The position numbers and the translations under genes were made by a program. A DNA stretch of 16,347 nt. It comes from Candidatus Nanopusillus sp. Lineage in GTDB: Archaea > Nanobdellota > Nanobdellia > Nanobdellales > Nanobdellaceae. Of the stretch, positions 6,576-13,473 are shown one piece after another. The DNA lies in NCBI GenBank assembly GCA_046536775.1, contig JAWDMD010000011.1, positions 1-16,347 of the forward strand. Direction: 5' to 3'. The notes beneath the pieces were generated by a model, which saw nothing but the letters and a program-made list of their open reading frames with translations, did no database searches and was not told the origin of the DNA. Numbering within the stretch: the stretch's first letter is position 1; each line of letters opens with the position of its first letter.

Positions 6576-7783
6576 ATTTTTAATTTAACATGCAAATATA
6601 TAAATGTTAATATAAGGATTGGTGTTACTAATCCATGTATAATTCCAAGCGCCATTAATATATTTGGTATAGATATTAGATATATACTACTTGATCCTCC
6701 AAACAATACTGATTCGAGGAATTCTCCAGTTATAGTTTGTAATAAGATTAAAATACCAATAGACATACCTAAAGCTTTTGTAATTACTCTTTTGCTATTT
6801 CTATATATTTTATAATGAATTCCCATAAAGAAAAACAATAAGGCAATTAAATATCTAGTATGTAAAGCTACAGAAATAAAATCTACATTTGATAAATATA
6901 GTTCTCCAAAAAATATTATTAAGACCACTGTTATAAGCAAAAAATAGTTTGTTGGTATATTATATTTTAAATTTCTATAAACTAAAAAGTAAATTATAAA
7001 TTCGTATATAGATAAAAATATTAATGATTCATATTCGTAGATACTATATTCTCCAACAGAGCTTTCTATAATTAGATTATTATAAATTGATAATTTATAT
7101 ATGGTTATGATAGATTGTAATATTATTATAAAAAATATTAATAAAAATATATACTTTTTGTATTTATAGATTTTTGATATCTTTTCAAATATTTTTGTTC
7201 TTACTATTAATATTTCATTGCTATTAAAATACATAACTAGAAATAGAAATATGGCAAATATAATAAATAAAGATGAATATAATATTTCTAAAATATGAAG
7301 ATGCAAATATAAAAAGACAAAGAATAAACTTGCTATATATCCTACTACCATATCTAGATCTGTAGTTGCAGAATTATATATTAATTCAAGAAAAAATAAT
7401 ATTATAAATAATATTATTGAGATTATATAAAATATTAATGATTTTTTTGAAATGTAAAAGTTATTTTCAAATAAATAATATCCCATAGAAAATGCTATAA
7501 AATAAAATACCCAATAATTTACTATATAAGTAAATATTGATGAAAATGGAAATGGTAAAGGCAAATTGGTATAAATCCCAAAAATTCCAATTGGTATATA
7601 TAATGGGAATATTAATTTATATATTAAAGATGTATTTTTCGAATTCTTTAATATAAAAGATAATAAGAATAAATATATTGTACCAAAAATAATTATATTA
7701 ATATTTAAATTGCTAATATAAATAAAAAGTAAAAACAATATTAAATATATAAGAAATAAAATTTTGTCTTCTTTTTTTACCAT
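6572..7783 (-). CDS. Polytopic integral membrane protein (about 10-12 TM segments), function unknown
   Basis: 403 aa, almost entirely hydrophobic F/I/L/Y stretches broken by short K/N-rich loops, with no cysteine at all. I recognised no AglB WWDYG motif and no A24 GxGD motif. It sits between exported-protein genes with 4-nt and 7-nt overlaps. Confidence 0.7.
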   Translation of the reverse strand: MVKKEDKILFLIYLILFLLFIYISNLNINIIIFGTIYLFLLSFILKNSKNTSLIYKLIFPLYIPIGIFGIYTNLPLPFPFSSIFTYIVNYWVFYFIAFSMGYYLFENNFYISKKSLIFYIISIILFIILFFLELIYNSATTDLDMVVGYIASLFFVFLYLHLHILEILYSSLFIIFAIFLFLVMYFNSNEILIVRTKIFEKISKIYKYKKYIFLLIFFIIILQSIITIYKLSIYNNLIIESSVGEYSIYEYESLIFLSIYEFIIYFLVYRNLKYNIPTNYFLLITVVLIIFFGELYLSNVDFISVALHTRYLIALLFFFMGIHYKIYRNSKRVITKALGMSIGILILLQTITGEFLESVLFGGSSSIYLISIPNILMALGIIHGLVTPILILTFIYLHVKLKI

Positions 7784-9408
7784 ACTGTTAATTCAGCAAC
7801 TAAATATCCGCCTAAAAATGATACATCTACTGGTAGATATATATAATAAACATATGTATTAGTATTTGGAGGTATTGGATATCCTAGACTTATACTTTCT
7901 CCACTACCTTGATAGATATATGCATTTAATTCTTCTTTATTTCCAGTATTTGTAATACAATATGCTCTTGCCATTGCAACACCATTTCCCCCAGGATGAG
8001 GATCATAATATACTGCAGAAATTATAAATTGATTTGTATTTGGATCTCTATCATCTATTACCCATTTAGTAATATTAAATCTATAAAATCCTTCGCTGTT
8101 TATATTAATATTTCCTAAGTAAACCAAAGGACATTCTTTTCCCACAATAATTCCACTTACATTTTTTATATTATCAGATACACCAGTTGGGCAATCTATT
8201 ATCTCTCCACTTAGATTATATTCACAAAAAGGATCTGCTGCTAAAAATACATAATCTGGTTCTCCGCTTATATTTAAAAATGAAATATACAATCTTATTA
8301 CCTCATGCCATGGGTAATCTATAAATACTTGCTGACAATTTGGTGGTATATTTACTACACCTCTATAAAAAGCTCCAACAATTAATTCCTGACTACCTCC
8401 GCACTTAGAATTACCTGTATAATCTGTACTAAATTCTTCTTGACATATTTCATTTAAATATTGTTGTGGGATTATAAATTCTGCTAATCTATTTATATCA
8501 GTAGCAGTTTTATAAATAGGGGGGCCTTGATAATAATATGGTGTTAGATTTAGATATGGATTATCAGTTACAGGACATGGGCCCTCCTTATAATGGCATA
8601 GATATCCTGAAAAGAAATTAGGTAAATAAGATGTAGGTTGTGCTGGCATATTATCTCCACTCAAATAATTTGGAAATAAATTCCATTCAGTTTGGGGACA
8701 ATATACAGAAGCGTTTGTAAAATTATAATTTGGAAATATTTCTGATAGAGGTGTACAGTATCCAAGTTGTATAGCTAGAGATTGATTCATTCCATTATAT
8801 AATGTTGGTAATCCCCATGACTCTGTTGATTTAGATTGATGAAATGGTGCTGTTGCATTTACCCATCCTGCTCCATATAAAGTTTGACTTACTGGTATAT
8901 TAATATTTTCTACATAATTATTTACAAAGAAATATGTATAATTCCATTCATACCATTGTGTACCATCTGGATCTGGTGGAGGATTCATTGAACATGGATC
9001 CCAGTTGTTAAGATTACCACCTACTATAAACATTTGAACAACCCATCCAGTTACTGGTGGGATAAAATATATAGTTAAATTCCATCTATTTCCATATATA
9101 CTATTAAAATAATTTATTAAATCTTCTGATATGTTTGTACACGTGTTTTGATTTATGCAATATGTATCATTTTCAGAAGATGAAAAATATGATAATAAAA
9201 ATGCATAGGATAAATTAACATTATGATCGTAAATATAAGGTAATAAATCAATGCTATTTTGAATTGTTAATGTATATTGATTTTCTACATTATATGTTTG
9301 TGTTATTTTAGAACTAGAACTGGTTGATAATAAATAAACTAAAAGAATTGATAAAATTATTATTGAAATAATAACAACAAATGCTAATGTATTTATTTGA
9401 TTTTTCAT
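7777..9408 (-). CDS. Large exported cysteine-rich protein with an N-terminal hydrophobic anchor or pilin-like leader, unknown fold
   Basis: The N-terminus is MKNQINTLAFVVIISIIILSILLVYLL. 543 aa, 14 Cys (hand count), many sequons, and Pro/Trp/Tyr-rich segments such as NWDPCSMNPPPDPDGTQWYEW. I recognised no catalytic motif. Confidence 0.75.
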   Translation of the reverse strand: MKNQINTLAFVVIISIIILSILLVYLLSTSSSSKITQTYNVENQYTLTIQNSIDLLPYIYDHNVNLSYAFLLSYFSSSENDTYCINQNTCTNISEDLINYFNSIYGNRWNLTIYFIPPVTGWVVQMFIVGGNLNNWDPCSMNPPPDPDGTQWYEWNYTYFFVNNYVENINIPVSQTLYGAGWVNATAPFHQSKSTESWGLPTLYNGMNQSLAIQLGYCTPLSEIFPNYNFTNASVYCPQTEWNLFPNYLSGDNMPAQPTSYLPNFFSGYLCHYKEGPCPVTDNPYLNLTPYYYQGPPIYKTATDINRLAEFIIPQQYLNEICQEEFSTDYTGNSKCGGSQELIVGAFYRGVVNIPPNCQQVFIDYPWHEVIRLYISFLNISGEPDYVFLAADPFCEYNLSGEIIDCPTGVSDNIKNVSGIIVGKECPLVYLGNININSEGFYRFNITKWVIDDRDPNTNQFIISAVYYDPHPGGNGVAMARAYCITNTGNKEELNAYIYQGSGESISLGYPIPPNTNTYVYYIYLPVDVSFLGGYLVAELTVW

Positions 9409-10238
9409 TTTAGATAATATAAAAGAATAACTAGGCCTATTATTATAATTACTATTATTATTGCTATTGGTAAAACTAAATTAACATTATTACTTTTATT
9501 ACTTACATTTGGTTGTGGATAAATTAATTGCTGATTATTTGTTTGATTGTTTGTTAGATTTACTTGAGTCTGATTTATGCATTTAAATATACCAGTACAT
9601 GATATATAAATAATATTTGGTGGTGGACATTGCTGTAAAAATTCTTGATATAATTGATTTAATGAATAATTATATGGGCATCTAAACCAATCTCCTTCGA
9701 ATGATAAGTTTTCTGGACAATATCCGCACATATATTCTATTTTATATACATCTAATACTGTCTGATATGAAGCATTATCTGTCAAATAAGAAGGTGGTAT
9801 ATATGGTGGATTAAAACATGGATAGATTTGATTTGAACATGGTTGATAATACCAGGGTGTATTTGAACAATTTAGCAAACTATTACATATTATGAGTGGT
9901 GTAGGTATAATTAGGTCTTGATATGCTGATGGAGGAATTAATACATATGGACTGACTAATGTTCCATTTGGATATTCACAATAACTACTATTTACATATA
10001 TTAATCCATAATGAGCACAGAAAGAATATTGGGGTGGTACTTCATTTTCATAATATTGTATAGCATCAAAATATGTACCATTTACAATACAATAAGAACC
10101 TGTACTATTTGTATAATATGTTCCTCCGCCATATTCACAATAAACTGCTAATGGATTTATCATGGAATGTATATTATAAAGTAAAGATATAAAAATAATT
10201 ACAAATAATAATATTTTTCTATTGTGTGAGAGTAACAT
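9405..10238 (-). CDS. Type I membrane protein: Sec-type signal peptide, Cys/Pro-rich ectodomain with a tentative tandem DUF333-like motif, and a C-terminal TM anchor
   Basis: N-terminus MLLSHNRKILLFVIIFISLLYNIHS. It is followed by INPLAVYCEYGGGTYYTNSTGSYCIVNGTYFDAIQYY and a weaker repeat, FCAHYGLIYVNSSYCEYPNGT. These resemble the NPAsvYC..GG....G.C....G pattern I recall for DUF333. There are 14 Cys. The C-terminus is LVLPIAIIIVIIIIGLVILLYYLK. Confidence 0.7.
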   Translation of the reverse strand: MLLSHNRKILLFVIIFISLLYNIHSMINPLAVYCEYGGGTYYTNSTGSYCIVNGTYFDAIQYYENEVPPQYSFCAHYGLIYVNSSYCEYPNGTLVSPYVLIPPSAYQDLIIPTPLIICNSLLNCSNTPWYYQPCSNQIYPCFNPPYIPPSYLTDNASYQTVLDVYKIEYMCGYCPENLSFEGDWFRCPYNYSLNQLYQEFLQQCPPPNIIYISCTGIFKCINQTQVNLTNNQTNNQQLIYPQPNVSNKSNNVNLVLPIAIIIVIIIIGLVILLYYLK

Positions 10239-11829
10239 TTTGGATTGCTATAACTAAATAAGGAAATGATAAGCCATAAGGAGATTGATCAAATGGTACG
10301 TATACATATCCATCTTGTATCAAGTAAACACCTCCACATGGTTCACCAATTTCTTCACTACAAAACGTATAGTTTGAGTAAAGTTTGTGGCATATTTTTA
10401 GATATTTCTCATAACATAACTGATAATTTAAATAATATTCATAGCACTCCTCCATAAATATATTATAAAGAAGGACGTGTGGTCCACCACTTTGATCGAG
10501 AATATAGCATTCTGATACGTCTCCCCACTGGTTTTCAAATATCCAACAGTTGGGAGTCCCATATACTTCTTGGCATAGTTGAGATTGTTCGTCATATCCA
10601 ACTAATAGCATAGAATGTCCAGTGCTTTCTATAAATCCATTAGGGTTAGGATATATATTTGGATTAGATCCGCCTGTCCCCCCCAGTATTCCACCAACTA
10701 CTAATGGTCCATAACATAATAAATCTTGGATTATTTGTTGATCGGATAAAGGTCCATTTTGTGAAAGAAAGATAACGCCTTTCGAATAATACAATGGAGA
10801 GCTAGGTCCATTATAATTAAAATTACATACATCACCTGGATAGCTATCATAGTTCTGATATTCTTCTTGTGGACAATGATTTCCTAAAGTAGATTCATAA
10901 TAGCTCCATCCAGGATCAGGTGGTATACCATATTGAGATGTATAATATATTTCATAATATAAACCAGAGATTATAGGAATACCATTTTCAGCAAAAATAG
11001 TCTCACTACCCTTACAACCACTATTGTACTCACAATAACTTGGAGCGTTTGGATAACCATTATTACATTCTATTGCTAAATATGCTGGAGATAGTTGTAA
11101 TCCTTCATTGGGTTTATCATTTCTTATCATATATACTGAAGCAATTCCATTTGCACTAGCAAATGCCCAGCAATCTCCACAATATCCTTGATCTCCTATT
11201 GGAGGTAAATAATTATTTCCATTTACATCACCCCAGAAAAAACTTGTCTGTCCAGTATATTTAACTAGACATTGAGCATTTTGATTAATATTGTTGTTAT
11301 TTCCTTGATTATTTCCTCCATTATTATTACTACTTCCTCCATTGTTTTGATTATTATTGTTTTGATTGTTTTCTGGAGTTATATATATAAGAGTTCCATT
11401 TGGTAAATATTCATTTAATATTGCAATTGAATTTTGAAGATTTGTTGTAATAAAAACAGTATTATTTGTACTAACAAGATATATATAATTGTTTGGATAT
11501 AGAAAACTCACATTTTGATTATTATTATATAATGTTACATTCTTGTAAAAATTAATTGTATAATTGTTATTATTATATTGTATTATTAATTCAGTACCAT
11601 TTGTATATAATATAACTCCACTTGGTATATTAACTTTTACATAATATGTACCTTGAATACTATTTATTGTATTCTCTAAATTTTGTAAATTATTAATAAA
11701 ATTTTCAAATATTAAATTTTCTTGTTGTTTTTTAACATTCATAGAATATTGATAATATATTATAAAAGCTAAAGATATAATTACTAATATTATTGCTACT
11801 GAAAGCAAATTTAATTGATATCTTTTCAT
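10219..11829 (-). CDS. Papain-family (peptidase C1) cysteine protease fused to an N-terminal pilin-like anchor, a beta-rich N-domain and an Asn/Gly linker
   Basis: DQGYCGDCWAFASANG (Gln214, nucleophile Cys220 followed by Trp; Cys codon at 11170-11172), GHSMLLVGYD (His405) and ENQWG (Asn433) reproduce the papain Q-C-H-N motif set in the correct order and spacing. The N-terminus is MKRYQLNLLSVAIILVIISLAFIIYY. There are 17 Cys (hand count). Confidence 0.85.
   Translation of the reverse strand: MKRYQLNLLSVAIILVIISLAFIIYYQYSMNVKKQQENLIFENFINNLQNLENTINSIQGTYYVKVNIPSGVILYTNGTELIIQYNNNNYTINFYKNVTLYNNNQNVSFLYPNNYIYLVSTNNTVFITTNLQNSIAILNEYLPNGTLIYITPENNQNNNNQNNGGSSNNNGGNNQGNNNNINQNAQCLVKYTGQTSFFWGDVNGNNYLPPIGDQGYCGDCWAFASANGIASVYMIRNDKPNEGLQLSPAYLAIECNNGYPNAPSYCEYNSGCKGSETIFAENGIPIISGLYYEIYYTSQYGIPPDPGWSYYESTLGNHCPQEEYQNYDSYPGDVCNFNYNGPSSPLYYSKGVIFLSQNGPLSDQQIIQDLLCYGPLVVGGILGGTGGSNPNIYPNPNGFIESTGHSMLLVGYDEQSQLCQEVYGTPNCWIFENQWGDVSECYILDQSGGPHVLLYNIFMEECYEYYLNYQLCYEKYLKICHKLYSNYTFCSEEIGEPCGGVYLIQDGYVYVPFDQSPYGLSFPYLVIAIQNVTLTQ
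11278..11373 (-). repeat. Low-complexity Asn/Gln/Gly linker inside the protease gene
   Basis: Encodes ENNQNNNNQNNGGSSNNNGGNNQGNNNNINQN (residues ~153-184), between the N-terminal domain and the peptidase domain. At DNA level it consists of imperfect att/gtt/tcc-type triplet reiterations. Confidence 0.8.
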
Positions 11830-11865
11830 TATGAGTTAATAATATTTAAAAAATTTTAAAAATTT
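11830..11865 (-). promoter_or_regulatory. Possible internal promoter ahead of the protease gene
   Basis: This is the only sizeable gap (36 nt) inside the 12-gene cluster. The minus strand reads aaatttttaaaattttttaaatattattaactcata-ATG, with TATA-like ttttaaaa/tttaaata about 15-30 nt upstream of the ATG at 11829. Confidence 0.3.
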
Positions 11866-12306
11866 TTAACTTGGATTTTCTATATAAACAGTTACTTCTG
11901 TTGGAGATGTTTTTTCAACAAGTAGTGGTATTTTTTCATTTGTATTTCCATACGATAATTCGTAAAATAATCCAGAAGTATAATATTGAATTGTACTATT
12001 TGTTGTATTTATTATTACATTGCATGGTAATGTATAATTGTAATATTCATCATATATATAACAACTTAATAAATTATTATTAGCATAAATATAATTTAAA
12101 TATTTGTTTATTTCAATATTAATATAAAATTTTGTTCCAGTATTTGAATAACATACCCTTTCAATTGTTGTATACAAATTTTGACATGATGAAATATCCT
12201 GATATAATAATTGAGTCTGATTATTTATACTTGAAAATTTAAAATATAAATATAAAGATAAACCAAAAGCAATAATTGTTACAATTATCCAAAACCACTT
12301 CTCCAT
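11866..12306 (-). CDS. Small exported protein with an N-terminal hydrophobic helix (minor-pilin-like), function unknown
   Basis: 146 aa. The N-terminus is MEKWFWIIVTIIAFGLSLYLYF, there are 4 Cys, and the remainder is beta-strand-like and Y/N/I-rich. Confidence 0.65.
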   Translation of the reverse strand: MEKWFWIIVTIIAFGLSLYLYFKFSSINNQTQLLYQDISSCQNLYTTIERVCYSNTGTKFYINIEINKYLNYIYANNNLLSCYIYDEYYNYTLPCNVIINTTNSTIQYYTSGLFYELSYGNTNEKIPLLVEKTSPTEVTVYIENPS

Positions 12307-12308
12307 TT

Positions 12309-12722
12309 TTATCCTTGAACATTAATATAAACATAATTTCCTGCCGAATATACTAATATATATTCTCCCGTATTTATATTATAATTGCAATTTTGCATTA
12401 CTACATTTGGATCTATACTACTTACATTATTTATTAAATCCTGACATGTAAATGGTTCCCCCTGATAATTAATTAAATAACAAAGGCCCTGGGCTTTTTT
12501 ATAATAGCATGCTACTACATCCATTGCAACATCTTGTATTGAAGTTACATTTGTTTCTACTACAGTTTGTGTATTATTATATTTTGGCATTATACTACTA
12601 ATGTAGGAAGTTATATTTCCTCTTAATAAAAATATTATTCCTAAAATTACTACTGTGACAATTATTCCTATAATTATTAAAAATGTATAATTAATTGGAA
12701 GTTCTTGAGACTTTATTGCCAT
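12309..12722 (-). CDS. Small exported protein with an N-terminal hydrophobic helix (minor-pilin-like), function unknown
   Basis: 137 aa. The N-terminus is MAIKSQELPINYTFLIIIGIIVTVVILGIIFLL, and there are 4 Cys. It carries a D..xxVVACYxxxxxxLCY motif similar to that of the neighbouring 159-aa protein. The C-terminus is YILVYSAGNYVYINVQG. Confidence 0.65.
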   Translation of the reverse strand: MAIKSQELPINYTFLIIIGIIVTVVILGIIFLLRGNITSYISSIMPKYNNTQTVVETNVTSIQDVAMDVVACYYKKAQGLCYLINYQGEPFTCQDLINNVSSIDPNVVMQNCNYNINTGEYILVYSAGNYVYINVQG

Positions 12723-13192
12723 ATTACAATATAACTATTGTTGTATATTATAAATATACTATTGTATGGATATATATTTCCATCACTATTATTTAAATGG
12801 AATATAATATTATTTGGATTAAATGTAGTATAATTTTGTATATATTGAATTAATATTGATGAATTCAGAATAATATTCTCATCTATATAAACATCATAAC
12901 ATATATTAAATAATTTATTTGTATTTACATTATTATTGTAGCAATTTAATATTAATCCTGTTATATCTGAATAAATTGTATCATTACTTTCATTTGTATA
13001 CATAATATTTATCGCTGAAGGATAATATTTTTCACATGATGGAGAAAAACCGCCTTGTGATATTAATGTTTGACAATAATATGCTTGAGAATTGCCAAAG
13101 AATTTTGTAAAAATAATATCTAATATAACTACAACAGATATTATTGCTATTATAATAATAAATACAGTATCTATTGCTATATCATTCTTCAT
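12713..13192 (-). CDS. Small pilin-like protein with a probable class III signal (A|ID junction)
   Basis: 159 aa. MKNDIA-IDTVFIIIIAIISVVVILDIIF shares the small-residue-then-ID junction with the 255-aa protein (G-ID). There are 4 Cys. It contains ...ITGLILNCYNNNVNTNKLFNICY, and the C-terminus is IFIIYNNSYIVIWQ. Confidence 0.65.
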   Translation of the reverse strand: MKNDIAIDTVFIIIIAIISVVVILDIIFTKFFGNSQAYYCQTLISQGGFSPSCEKYYPSAINIMYTNESNDTIYSDITGLILNCYNNNVNTNKLFNICYDVYIDENIILNSSILIQYIQNYTTFNPNNIIFHLNNSDGNIYPYNSIFIIYNNSYIVIWQ

Positions 13193-13473
13193 ATATAATT
13201 AATACTTCCGTTATAAATATATATAATTCTATAGCCTGCAGGTATTGTTATTCCATTTATTGTACAATTTTCATTAAGAAATACTTTAATATTAATTATT
13301 TCCTGAAAACTTTTATTATATAGATTTTCTAACTGTTGGCAATTAATTGTTTGTATACTATTACCACTTAAATTATTTTTTATATTATAAATATAATAAA
13401 AAGAAAATAAGCCAGCAGCTATAATTAATATAAAAGTTATTATAATCCAATATATTGATTGTTGCAATTTCAT
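13189..13473 (-). CDS. Small exported protein with an N-terminal hydrophobic helix (minor-pilin-like), function unknown
   Basis: 94 aa. The N-terminus is MKLQQSIYWIIITFILIIAAGLFSFYY, there are 2 Cys, and the C-terminus is GYRIIYIYNGSINYI. It has 4-nt ATGA-type overlaps with both neighbours. Confidence 0.6.
   Translation of the reverse strand: MKLQQSIYWIIITFILIIAAGLFSFYYIYNIKNNLSGNSIQTINCQQLENLYNKSFQEIINIKVFLNENCTINGITIPAGYRIIYIYNGSINYI

Noticed and set aside
8505-8595. Locally G+C-richer stretch (ggggggccttg ... gggccctcc) considered as an RNA gene
   Set aside because: It falls inside the 543-aa ORF and encodes Pro/Gly-rich peptide (YKEGPCPVTDNPYLNLTPYYYQGPPIY). I saw no RNA-like secondary-structure symmetry.
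10266-10457. Plus-strand ORF of 63 aa inside the protease gene
   Set aside because: It is antisense to the region encoding the C-terminal part of the papain-like protein, whose reading frame is validated by catalytic motifs.
11871-12083. Plus-strand ORF of 70 aa
   Set aside because: It is an antisense shadow of the 146-aa gene, with no independent support.
12186-12220. Plus-strand ATGATGA followed by two CTGA motifs (a possible second C/D box sRNA)
   Set aside because: The spacing is wrong: the first CTGA is only 6 nt after the C box and the second is 24 nt after it. There is no C' box, and the whole element lies inside a coding region. These short motifs are expected by chance.
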